From a bacterium (GTDB lineage Bacteria; Patescibacteriota; Minisyncoccia; Phycocordibacterales; VMGT01): a stretch of DNA of 64,000 nucleotides. The stretch is taken from the NCBI GenBank assembly GCA_030697645.1, contig JAUYPI010000018.1, positions 10,457 through 74,456 of the forward strand, given 5' to 3'. Below are positions 17,819 through 26,327 of this stretch, in pieces. The notes beneath the pieces are model-generated. The model made no database searches. It worked only from the letters and a program-made list of their open reading frames with translations, and was not told the origin of the DNA. The position numbers were made by a program, and so were the translations under genes. Position 1 is the first letter of the stretch. Every line of letters starts with the position of its first letter.

Positions 17819-19348
17819 TTACCGCGCGAACTCTATCGCCCTGGTCTCGCGAATCACGGTTACTTTGATCTCTCCCGGAAATTTGAGCTCCTGCTCGACG
17901 CGTATTGCGATCTCGCGCGCGGTGGCGCGCGCCTCGGCGTCGGAGACGTCCTCGGGCTTCACAAAAATGCGTATCTCGCGGCCTGCCGAGAGGGCGAAGG
18001 ATTTTTCGATTCCCGGGAACGAGTTGGCGATCGCTTCGAGGTCTCCGAGGCGCTTGAGGTAGTTCTCTACGCTGTCGCGGCGCGCGCCGGGGCGGCCTCC
18101 GGAGATCGCGTCCGCGACTTGGACGATGATGGACTCGAGCGTCTCGTACGGGTATTCCTCATGGTGCGATTGCATGGCGAGAACGATCGCGGGGTCCACG
18201 TTGAACTTCTGAAGGATGCGTCGCCCGATCTCAACATGCGTACCTTGCACGTCGTGATCCACGGCCTTGCCGATATCGTGGAGGAGTGCCCCTGCGCGCG
18301 CGACAGCGGGGTTTGCGCCGACCTCCTCGGCGATCATGCCTGCGATATGGGCCATTTCGATTGAGTGCTGGAGCACGTTCTGTCCGTAGCTCGTGCGGAA
18401 ATGGAGGCGCCCCAGGATGCCGAGGAGCTTCGGGTCGAGGTTGAGCGCGCTGCACTCATAGGCGGCCTGCTCGCCTTTCTCTTTGATGATTTTACTGATG
18501 TCCGCCTGGGCTTTCTCAACAAGATCCTCGATCCGCGCGGGCTGGATTCTGCCGTCGAGGATGAGATTCTCGAGTGCGAGGCGCGCGACGTGGCGGCGCA
18601 CCGGATCAAAACAGGAGAGCGTGATCACCCCCGGCGTGTCGTCAACAATCACCTCGACGCCGGTTGCGCGCTCAAAGGCTTTGATATTGCGGCCCTCTTT
18701 GCCGATAATTTTTCCCTTGACGTCGTCCGAGGGGAGGGCCACGGTTGTCGCGAGCGTCTCCGAGGTGACGGCGTTCCCGAGCCTATGGATCGCGGTCGTG
18801 AGGATCTCGCGCGCGCGGCGCTCCAGGCGCTCGAGACCCGCGCTCTCGAGCTTCTGGACGCGCACCATCATGTCCTGGTCGAAATTTTTCTCGACCGTCG
18901 CGAGCAGTTCCGCGCGAGCCGCCTCCTCACTGAGACCCGCGACGCGCTCGAGCTCGCTCTGCTTGCGGCGCTCGAGTTCCTCGGCTCGCGCGCGTACCGC
19001 TTTTACCTCCTCGACTTTCTGCTTCACCCGCTCGACCTCGGCGTCAATCTCGCCTTGCCTGCGGTCGAGGAGTTCTTCTTTTTTAATAAAGCGCTCTTCG
19101 GTGCGTCTGAATTCGCCCTCACGGGTCTTCAGCGTGCGCTCGAATTCGGCCATCCCGACTTTTGCCTTTTCTTCTCCCTCGGCGACGATTTTTTGTGACT
19201 TTTCCTTGGCGTCAAGCATCATCTGCTTAATCGCAAGTTCCATCGAGCCCTTTTTTCCGAGCGAGACGATCCAGCGCAGGAAATATCCGAACGCTGTGCC
19301 TAGTAGGCCGGAGGCGGCGGCGAGAGCCAGTGCTATTTTAAGTGACAT
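17819..19348 (-). CDS. rny: ribonuclease Y
   Basis: N-terminal TM, long coiled-coil, KH domain (GKIIGKEGRNIK), and HD domain (HSIEMAHIAG...LLHDIGK). Confidence 0.9.
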   Translation of the reverse strand: MSLKIALALAAASGLLGTAFGYFLRWIVSLGKKGSMELAIKQMMLDAKEKSQKIVAEGEEKAKVGMAEFERTLKTREGEFRRTEERFIKKEELLDRRQGEIDAEVERVKQKVEEVKAVRARAEELERRKQSELERVAGLSEEAARAELLATVEKNFDQDMMVRVQKLESAGLERLERRAREILTTAIHRLGNAVTSETLATTVALPSDDVKGKIIGKEGRNIKAFERATGVEVIVDDTPGVITLSCFDPVRRHVARLALENLILDGRIQPARIEDLVEKAQADISKIIKEKGEQAAYECSALNLDPKLLGILGRLHFRTSYGQNVLQHSIEMAHIAGMIAEEVGANPAVARAGALLHDIGKAVDHDVQGTHVEIGRRILQKFNVDPAIVLAMQSHHEEYPYETLESIIVQVADAISGGRPGARRDSVENYLKRLGDLEAIANSFPGIEKSFALSAGREIRIFVKPEDVSDAEARATAREIAIRVEQELKFPGEIKVTVIRETRAIEFAR

Positions 19349-19629
19349 AGAGACGAAGGGCTTGCTCTATGCCGGTCGTGCATGAGTGTTCTTTGAGGCG
19401 CGCGAGGTTCGGGAATCCTGAGTCAGACGTACGAAGAGATACCCCCGTGTGCGCCAGGGCTCGAGCGGAAGGAATCTCGACATGTGCGGCTCAGGTGGGG
19501 TATGCTCATGAGAGAGACAAGCACGATACGGCCGGAGCAAACAACAATTGACTAAATTCCGGTAATAGCTACACTATACGCCGGAGTGTTCTTTTTGTCG
19601 AGCTGCTTTGAGGGAGGAGGCGATAGGCC

Positions 19630-20130
19630 ATGGCGTTTCTCAGTGGGTTATGTAGCCGTTGTCCGGGTGTCCTCATTGGGAGCTATTGGTGCGCGCACCT
19701 AGCGTGGTCCTTGTGTTTGTGGGGCTCATTTTCGACATTCGACAGTACGTGGTGGCGCGACCTTGGGGCGCATGCGGTTTCTGGGGCCATGCTTCTACTG
19801 TCGTGGTACGTTGCCTTCGGCGAGCCGAGCCCGCTGCCCGGCTGGGCACGGCGTATGTGCGAGTGGTTTCTCGTCCATCATACGTATACACGGGCTGTCT
19901 TTTTTGCGATTGTCGAGGGTGTGGTGTGGGAGCTTTTCGAGTGGACTCTCGATCGTGTGCGGTTATCTCTACCATTCCATCTTGCGGCGGCGCAAGACGG
20001 TTGGACGGACACACTGCTCGATATCGCCGTGGCGATCCCGACCGCGATGCTCGCGATGGCTGCGATCAGATGGCATGAGCGGCGGCGTCGATCGGCGCGC
20101 GAGCCTGTGGCGGTATGCGCCGCACCCTAA
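19630..20130 (+). CDS. hypothetical membrane protein (possibly VanZ-like). Which of three overlapping plus-strand frames is real is uncertain
   Basis: Hydrophobic helices with conserved-looking W/E/D positions. A high-GC region with several overlapping ORFs. Confidence 0.3.
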   Translation: MAFLSGLCSRCPGVLIGSYWCAHLAWSLCLWGSFSTFDSTWWRDLGAHAVSGAMLLLSWYVAFGEPSPLPGWARRMCEWFLVHHTYTRAVFFAIVEGVVWELFEWTLDRVRLSLPFHLAAAQDGWTDTLLDIAVAIPTAMLAMAAIRWHERRRRSAREPVAVCAAP

Positions 20131-20243
20131 CCCCCCTACGTTTGGCGTAGGGGGTTTCGTCGTGGCTGCCCGCCAGGCTTGTGCACAGACCGCAAAGATT
20201 ATCGCGCGGGTTGTTTGGTATACTGTGTGTAAATATAGGATTG

Positions 20244-20372
20244 AATTTTCAATTTCTAATTTTCAATCAATTTTCAATTATTCAATTTTCAAACACGAAC
20301 GGCGCGCCACCGTCATTGGATCATTGTAACATTGAAAATTTATTGGAAATTGAAAATTGTAAATTGAAAATT
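20244..20372. repeat. Palindromic heptad-repeat element, A-type, ending 4 nt before the pilB ATG
   Basis: AATTTTCAATTTCTAATTTTCAATCAATTTTCAATTATTCAATTTTCAAACACGAACGGCGCGCCACCGTCATTGGATCATTGTAACATTGAAAATTTATTGGAAATTGAAAATTGTAAATTGAAAATT. Confidence 0.85.
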
Positions 20373-20376
20373 TTGT

Positions 20377-22143
20377 ATGCACATAGAGGACCCCCAGCTC
20401 ATTGAATTCATCGAAGACGCCGGGCTTGTCTCGCGTGCCGATCTCGACCGAGCGAAGACAGAGGCGACGAAAAAGAAAACACCCCTCGGCGACTTTCTGG
20501 TGACCGATGGCAAGATTACCGCGGATGACTTACGTCGCATCGAGGCCTATATTCTCGGCATACCCTTTGTAAGCTTGCATGACCAACCGCTTGACCAAGC
20601 GACGCTCGCCCTCGTGCCCGAGCCCATCGCACGCACGCACAATATCGTCGCGTTCCGCAAAGACGGCGAGACGCTCGAGGTTGCGATGCTCGACGTCGAA
20701 GACCTCGGAGCTATTGATTTCGTGAAGAAGAAGACCGGTCTCAAAATCCTGCCGCGCCTCACCGACAGCGTTTCGATCAAGGACGCGCTCAAGCTCTATC
20801 AGCGCGGGCTCCATGAGGAATTTGGGGAGCTTATTAAAACCGACACCGCCGCGCTGCCGGACATTAAAGCCGCCGCGGAGGATATAGGCGGGGGCGGCGA
20901 GCCGAAAAGCGAGGCAGACCTCAAGAAGCTCGCGGAGGATCTGCCGGTTATAAGAATTGTCGACACGCTCCTTAAGCACGCCGTGCTCCAAAATGCCTCG
21001 GACATCCACATCGAGCCGATGGAAAATCAGGTTCTCGTGCGCTATCGGATTGACGGCCTGCTTCGCGACGCGATGGTGCTCCCGCGGCACGCGGCGGAGA
21101 GCATTACGGCGCGTATCAAGGTGCTCGCGCAGCTGAAGCTCGACGAGAAGCGCCTGCCGCAGGACGGGCGCTTTAAGGTGGAGTCCGAGAGCGAGCGGGT
21201 GGCGATCCGCGTCTCGATCCTACCCACCTACTTTGGCGAGAAGACGGTGATGCGTCTCCTCAGAGAGAGCGTTCAGGGATACACACTCGAGGGGCTTGGC
21301 TTTCACGGTGCGGCGCTTGAGCAGGTGCACCATGCGCTCACCAAGACGACCGGGATGGTTCTCACCACAGGCCCCACTGGATCAGGTAAAACCACGACGC
21401 TCTATACCATGCTCGACATCCTAAATACTCCGGGCGTCAACATTTCGACCATTGAAGACCCGATCGAGTACCAGATGGCGCGCGTCAACCAAACGCAGGT
21501 TCGCCCCGAGATCGGGCTTACCTTTGCCTCGGGGTTGCGCACCCTCGTGCGGCAGGACCCAGACATCGTGATGGTCGGCGAGATACGCGACACTGAGACC
21601 GCAGGGCTTGCGATCAATGCCGCGCTTACCGGCCACCTCGTGCTCTCGACCTTGCACACAAACTCCGCTGCGGGCGCGATGCCGCGCTTGATTGATATGA
21701 AGGCCGAGCCGTTCCTTCTCGTTTCGACTCTCAACGTGGTGATCGCACAGCGGCTCGTGCGCCGCATCGGCAAAGAGCGGGAGAAACTATCCCTCACGAA
21801 GAACGACCTCGCGTCGCTCGAGAAGCACGTTAATCTCGATCGCATTCAGAAGCAGCTTGAGGAGGAGAGTGTGATACCGGAAGGCACGAAGTTCGACAAA
21901 ATCGCGTTCTACCGGCCGAAGCACCCCGATGCGCTGGAAGGTTATCAGGGACGTGCGGGCATTTACGAGGTGCTGGTCGTCACGCCGGCGATTAAAGAGC
22001 TCGTGATGCGCGGCGTCCCTTCCGATGAGATCGCGGCTCGTGCGCGGGCGGATGGGATGCTCACCATGTTTGAGGACGGGATCTTCAAAGCGGCGCAGGG
22101 GATAACGACGATAGAAGAGGTGCTCAGGGTAATATCAGAGTAG
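20377..22143 (+). CDS. pilB: type IV pilus assembly ATPase PilB (GspE family)
   Basis: N-terminal GspII domain, Walker A TGPTGSGKTTTLY, Asp box and His box of secretion ATPases. Confidence 0.9.
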   Translation: MHIEDPQLIEFIEDAGLVSRADLDRAKTEATKKKTPLGDFLVTDGKITADDLRRIEAYILGIPFVSLHDQPLDQATLALVPEPIARTHNIVAFRKDGETLEVAMLDVEDLGAIDFVKKKTGLKILPRLTDSVSIKDALKLYQRGLHEEFGELIKTDTAALPDIKAAAEDIGGGGEPKSEADLKKLAEDLPVIRIVDTLLKHAVLQNASDIHIEPMENQVLVRYRIDGLLRDAMVLPRHAAESITARIKVLAQLKLDEKRLPQDGRFKVESESERVAIRVSILPTYFGEKTVMRLLRESVQGYTLEGLGFHGAALEQVHHALTKTTGMVLTTGPTGSGKTTTLYTMLDILNTPGVNISTIEDPIEYQMARVNQTQVRPEIGLTFASGLRTLVRQDPDIVMVGEIRDTETAGLAINAALTGHLVLSTLHTNSAAGAMPRLIDMKAEPFLLVSTLNVVIAQRLVRRIGKEREKLSLTKNDLASLEKHVNLDRIQKQLEEESVIPEGTKFDKIAFYRPKHPDALEGYQGRAGIYEVLVVTPAIKELVMRGVPSDEIAARARADGMLTMFEDGIFKAAQGITTIEEVLRVISE

Positions 22144-22145
22144 GC

Positions 22146-22265
22146 AAATTTTCAATTTTCAATTTTGCAATTTTCAATCAATTTTGCAATGACTCAATTT
22201 TCAAACACGAACGACGTCGTCGTCATTGAGACGTTGAAAATTTATTGAAAATTGAAAATTGAGAA
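22146..22265. repeat. Palindromic heptad-repeat element, A-type, between pilB and pilC
   Basis: AAATTTTCAATTTTCAATTTTGCAATTTTCAATCAATTTTGCAATGACTCAATTTTCAAACACGAACGACGTCGTCGTCATTGAGACGTTGAAAATTTATTGAAAATTGAAAATTGAGAATTGGAAATTG. Confidence 0.85.
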
Positions 22266-22283
22266 TTGGAAATTGCGATAGCT

Positions 22284-23513
22284 ATGCCTTCCTTCACCTA
22301 CAAGGCCAAAAAAACCGACGGTGCCGAATACGACGGCACCTTCGACGGCGTTGATCGCTTCGCGCTCTTTCACCATATCCGCGAGGAGGGCGGCACGGTG
22401 GTCTCGTTTGAGGAGAAAGGAGGAGAGAAACGCCGTGCGTTCCATGTGAACCTCGAGTCGATTAACGCGTTTTTGAGCCGGGTCAGAGAGCACGATAAAA
22501 TTTCTCTCGCGAGGAACCTCGGCGCGATGCTATCCGCCGGGCTCTCCGTCTCCCGCGCGCTCGAGATTCTCGATCGCCAGATGCGGCACCCAGCGCTCCG
22601 GAGAGTCTTCGGGCACCTCCAGGGCTCAATCAGCGCCGGCAAAACGCTCCATGAGGGGCTCTCCGCGTTTCCGCGCGTGTTCCCGCCGCTTTTTATCGCG
22701 ATGGTGCGGGCAGGGGAGGAGAGCGGCGGGCTCGCACAGGCGCTCGCGCTCATTTCGACCCAGATGGAACAAACGTATCTTCTCAAAAAACGTATTCGCG
22801 GCGCAATGATGTACCCGACGATCGTCCTCTGCGCCATGGTAGCGGTTGGCGCGGCAATGATGGTCTATGTGGTGCCGACCCTCTCGGACACCTTTCGCGA
22901 ACTCAAGGTAGAACTTCCCACGAGTACGCGCATCATCATCGGCATTAGCGATTTTATGAAAGCGCACTATCTGCTTGCGTTTGGTGGAGCCGTAGCGGCA
23001 ATCGTGGGCTTTTTCGCGCTCCTCCGCACGCGTCTTGGTCGCCGCGCCAAGGAGATCGTCCTACTCTATACCCCGATCATTCGCCCCTTGGTCCAGGAGA
23101 CGAATGCCGCGCGCGTCGCCCGCACGCTCTCCTCGCTCCTCTCTGCCGGCGTGGCGATTACCCACGCCTTTGAGATTACTGCCGACGTGGTGCAGCACAG
23201 CTCATTTCGCGCCGTGCTCGTCGAGGCCGAGGGGCGAATTCAGAAAGGGACGTCGATTGCGGATGTGTTCCGCGCCGCCGAACATCTTTATCCGCCGTTC
23301 GTCTCCGAGATGATCGCGGTTGGCGAGGAGACAGGCGATCTCTCCGCAATGCTTGTGCGCGTCGCTGATTTCTACGAGGAGGAAGTATCGCGCAAGACCA
23401 AGGACATGTCAACGGTCATCGAACCGTTTCTTATGGTGACGATCGGCGCCGGCGTCGGCTTCTTTGCCGTGTCCATGATCCAGCCCATTTATTCGTTATC
23501 GTCGGCAATTTAG
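22284..23513 (+). CDS. pilC: type IV pilus inner-membrane platform protein PilC (GspF family)
   Basis: Two GspF repeats with conserved motifs (LSRNLGAMLSAGLS / LSSLLSAGVAI) and three TM segments. Confidence 0.9.
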   Translation: MPSFTYKAKKTDGAEYDGTFDGVDRFALFHHIREEGGTVVSFEEKGGEKRRAFHVNLESINAFLSRVREHDKISLARNLGAMLSAGLSVSRALEILDRQMRHPALRRVFGHLQGSISAGKTLHEGLSAFPRVFPPLFIAMVRAGEESGGLAQALALISTQMEQTYLLKKRIRGAMMYPTIVLCAMVAVGAAMMVYVVPTLSDTFRELKVELPTSTRIIIGISDFMKAHYLLAFGGAVAAIVGFFALLRTRLGRRAKEIVLLYTPIIRPLVQETNAARVARTLSSLLSAGVAITHAFEITADVVQHSSFRAVLVEAEGRIQKGTSIADVFRAAEHLYPPFVSEMIAVGEETGDLSAMLVRVADFYEEEVSRKTKDMSTVIEPFLMVTIGAGVGFFAVSMIQPIYSLSSAI

Positions 23514-23539
23514 GTTTGTATAGCGCAAAGTGCTGCTAG

Positions 23540-23657
23540 AATTTTCAATTTACAATTTTCAATTTTCATTAAATTTTCAATTCCTCAATTTTCAAACACG
23601 AACGACGCCGCCGGCATTGAATCATTGACACATTGAAAATTGCAAAATTGAAAATTT
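23540..23657. repeat. Palindromic heptad-repeat element, A-type
   Basis: GAATTTTCAATTTACAATTTTCAATTTTCATTAAATTTTCAATTCCTCAATTTTCAAACACGAACGACGCCGCCGGCATTGAATCATTGACACATTGAAAATTGCAAAATTGAAAATTT. Confidence 0.85.
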
Positions 23658-23714
23658 AAGATACGGCGAGCACTTTGGTTTTGGCATGTGATATTAGTGC
23701 GACTACCAGTATTT

Positions 23715-24161
23715 ATGCGCGGTTTCACTTTAATTGAAATTCTTATCTCTGTTGCAGTCATTGCGATTCTCGCAAGCATTGCGACAATCTCGTTTACGGG
23801 CCTCCGCGAGCGGCAGGCGCTTTCAATCGGCGTCGAGGAGGTGCGCACACTCCTCTCTCGTGCCCGGGCGCGCACGCTTGCCGCGGAAGATGACAGCGTT
23901 TTCGGGCTCCACATAACCACTTCATCAGTCACGCTTTTTCGGGGTGTGACGTACAATCCTGCTGCAGGAGACAATGAACTGCATGTGCTCGATTCGCTCG
24001 TGACGATTTCCGCCCACGCACTTGCTGGCGGCGGCGCGGACGTGGTATTCGACAAACGAACTGGGATGACGAGTGATTACGGTACGATAACGGTGGCTCT
24101 CGCGAGTGACGTGAGCGAGAATAAGGTCATCACGATTGCGCAGACGGGGCTTGTGGAATAG
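23715..24161 (+). CDS. prepilin-type N-terminal cleavage/methylation domain protein (type IV pilin or pseudopilin)
   Basis: RGFTLIEILISVAVIAILASIA class III signal peptide with Gly(-1), Phe(+1), Glu(+5). Confidence 0.85.
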   Translation: MRGFTLIEILISVAVIAILASIATISFTGLRERQALSIGVEEVRTLLSRARARTLAAEDDSVFGLHITTSSVTLFRGVTYNPAAGDNELHVLDSLVTISAHALAGGGADVVFDKRTGMTSDYGTITVALASDVSENKVITIAQTGLVE

Positions 24162-24190
24162 CGAAATGGCCAAGGCAGCTGGTCGGGCCG

Positions 24191-24308
24191 AATTTTCAAT
24201 TTACAATTTTCAATCAATTTTCAATTACCCAATTCTCAAACACGACGCCGTCCGTAATTGAGTCATTGAAACATTGAAAATTTATTGAAAATTGAGAATT
24301 GGAAATTT
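24191..24308. repeat. Palindromic heptad-repeat element, A-type
   Basis: AATTTTCAATTTACAATTTTCAATCAATTTTCAATTACCCAATTCTCAAACACGACGCCGTCCGTAATTGAGTCATTGAAACATTGAAAATTTATTGAAAATTGAGAATTGGAAATTT. Confidence 0.85.
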
Positions 24309-24318
24309 AATTGCGGTT

Positions 24319-25365
24319 ATGTTGCTTACTACCAAGCCACCACGGGGCTTCAGCCTCGTTGAGGTCGTCGTCGGTTCCGCCATCATTCTCATCGTGCTCG
24401 GCGGGCTTATTGCCGCGTTCACTCGCTACGCAGCGACGCTTTTCCGCACTACCGATCGGGTACAAGCAACGTATCTTGCCGAGGAGGGGATTGAAGTGGC
24501 GCGTATCCTCCGCGACGCGAGCTGGACCAGCTTTGCCGCGCTCACGCTCGATACGCCGTACCGGCTCGCGCTCTCAAGCGGCGTGTGGGAGGCGACGACA
24601 AGCGAGGCGCTCATTGATGGCGCGTTTGATCGCACGATGACGCTTCAGAGCGTGTATCGGCGGACGAGCGATAGTGATATCGTTGCGTCAACCTCGCTCG
24701 CGAGCAAGGCGATCGACCCCGACGCGCGGTACGTTTTAGTGCGCCTCAGCTGGAGCCCGCTGCCGTTCTCCGAGGCCTCTGCGGAGGCATTTGAGGCAGG
24801 CTCCACAGACGGGGATCTTGGGGGCTTTCCGTCAAATAACGGCGGCAATGGCGACATCGCGCAGGGTTTCACCGTGCCTGCCGGGAGCGACATCGTGGTG
24901 CCGCGCGTGGAGCTTTATCTGCGTCGTGTAACCGCCGCACCATCTGATTTGTACCTTGAAATCCGAAGCGGCTCGACGGTAGGGCCCGTCGTTGCGACGT
25001 CCGCGACGCTTGATGGCGCGTCCCTGCCTGCGACACTGTTGTGGACTTCATTTACTTTTCCGACACGGCCGACGCTCACCGGGGGCGTTCTCTACCACCT
25101 GCGCCTTCGGAGTGATCCCGATTCGACCGTCGCATTTTCCGGTTCGATCGGAACGATTCATTGGGGCTATCTACAGGCTGACCCGAGCCCCTACGGAGGC
25201 GGCATCGCGCGACGATACGTTGGACGTCTTGGGAATCCACTGGACGAAGGTCAGGCGCTCGATCAGTACGACTTTTCGTTTCGTGTCTACAAGGAAGTGC
25301 CGGGCGGTTTTGCTGAGGCAATCGAGTACACGACACACCTTGTGAATTTGTTTGAGACACCGTAG
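24319..25365 (+). CDS. prepilin-like minor pilin (large pseudopilin)
   Basis: PRGFSLVEVVVGSAIILIVLGGLIA prepilin leader with Glu+5. 350 aa, Gly/Ser/Thr-rich C-terminal domain. Confidence 0.75.
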   Translation: MLLTTKPPRGFSLVEVVVGSAIILIVLGGLIAAFTRYAATLFRTTDRVQATYLAEEGIEVARILRDASWTSFAALTLDTPYRLALSSGVWEATTSEALIDGAFDRTMTLQSVYRRTSDSDIVASTSLASKAIDPDARYVLVRLSWSPLPFSEASAEAFEAGSTDGDLGGFPSNNGGNGDIAQGFTVPAGSDIVVPRVELYLRRVTAAPSDLYLEIRSGSTVGPVVATSATLDGASLPATLLWTSFTFPTRPTLTGGVLYHLRLRSDPDSTVAFSGSIGTIHWGYLQADPSPYGGGIARRYVGRLGNPLDEGQALDQYDFSFRVYKEVPGGFAEAIEYTTHLVNLFETP

Positions 25366-25367
25366 GC

Positions 25368-25660
25368 GAAATTTTCAATTTTCAATTTTGCAATTTTCAA
25401 TAAATTTTCAATGAATCAATTTTCAAACACGTAACCACTCACCTTCGTACACAACCGCGTAACAAAGCCGTCATTGCGAGGAGCAAGATCCCTTCGCTTC
25501 GCTCGGGACAGGCTCCGCAATTCAGAGTCAGTACGTAAAACCCCTGGATTGCTTCGCTCCTTTTAGTCGCTCGCAAAGACGGGCGTGAGTGATTACTCAA
25601 ACACGAACGGTGCCGTGGTCATTGAGACATTGAACCATTGAAAATTGCAAATTGAAAATT
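25368..25660. repeat. Palindromic heptad-repeat element, A-type, split by a nested 165-bp insertion
   Basis: The left arm ends ...CAATTTTCAAACACG at 25431 and the repeat resumes TCAAACACGAACGGTGCCGTGGTCATTGAGACATTGAACCATTGAAAATTGCAAATTGAAAATT at 25596, directly abutting the ATG at 25661. Confidence 0.85.
25431..25595. mobile_element. MITE-like insertion with 12-bp terminal inverted repeats (GTAACCACTCAC / GTGAGTGATTAC, one mismatch) and an 8-bp target-site duplication (TCAAACAC)
   Basis: Inverted-repeat ends and duplicated TCAAACAC on both flanks read directly from the sequence. The insertion interrupts an otherwise typical palindromic repeat at its core. Confidence 0.7.
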
Positions 25661-26191
25661 ATGCGAGATTTCCAACATCCAAAACTCGGTCAGACATTGA
25701 TTGAACTACTCGTCTATGCTGCGCTCGTGGTCATCATTGGCGGTATCGTGACGACGATGCTTGTCGCGATGCAGCGCGCGATTGCGCAGACGCTTGTTGC
25801 GCGCCGCGTTCAGGCGACGGCCGCAGTGGTACTTGAGCGCATCGTGCGCGACGCGCGAGTGGCCCATGACATTGACGAGCTCGCGAGTACGCTTGGCGTG
25901 CATCCCGGGCGTGTGACCCTGCTCGTTCGTGATGAGGGCGGCGGGCCGGATGTCGCGTACGCCTTCGAGGCGGTAGCGTCAGCGCTCGAAGTGCGGCGCA
26001 ACGGCGTGCTTGAAGGATCCCTGACGCCCGACACCGTTTCGGTTGCGAATCTTGTTTTTCGGGAAGTCGTAACGCCGGTGTCGGAGGCGCTCCGCATCGA
26101 GCTCACGCTGCATGCGGAGCAGGGGCGGGCGTCGAGTACGGAGAAATTTTATGTAACTACCGTTTTGCGGGATTCGTATCAGTTGGAGTAA
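25661..26191 (+). CDS. prepilin-like minor pilin
   Basis: KLGQTLIELLVYAALVVIIGGI N-terminal hydrophobic helix with Glu+5 after a short leader. Confidence 0.7.
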   Translation: MRDFQHPKLGQTLIELLVYAALVVIIGGIVTTMLVAMQRAIAQTLVARRVQATAAVVLERIVRDARVAHDIDELASTLGVHPGRVTLLVRDEGGGPDVAYAFEAVASALEVRRNGVLEGSLTPDTVSVANLVFREVVTPVSEALRIELTLHAEQGRASSTEKFYVTTVLRDSYQLE

Positions 26192-26213
26192 TCGTATGTC
26201 TTCGTGTGTGAAA

Positions 26214-26327
26214 AAATTTTTAATTATCAATTTTGCAATTTTCAATCAATTTTCAATTACCCAATTTTCAAACACGACGCCGTCGTCATTGAGTCATTGA
26301 AACATTGAAAATTGTAAATTGAAAATT
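26214..26327. repeat. Palindromic heptad-repeat element, A-type, abutting the ATG at 26328
   Basis: AATTATCAATTTTGCAATTTTCAATCAATTTTCAATTACCCAATTTTCAAACACGACGCCGTCGTCATTGAGTCATTGAAACATTGAAAATTGTAAATTGAAAATT. Confidence 0.85.

Noticed and set aside
18365-19385. Long plus-strand ORFs (277 and 300 aa) antisense to rny
   Set aside because: They lie entirely within the well-supported RNase Y gene on the opposite strand. High GC produces long stop-free antisense frames, and no motifs are present.
20530-21090. 186-aa minus-strand ORF inside pilB. Similar antisense ORFs lie inside the epimerase (2237-3050), dxr, the nucleotide-sugar dehydrogenase, the deacetylase and the MFS gene
   Set aside because: Antisense shadows of recognisable genes, with low-complexity Arg/Ser/Ala-rich translations.
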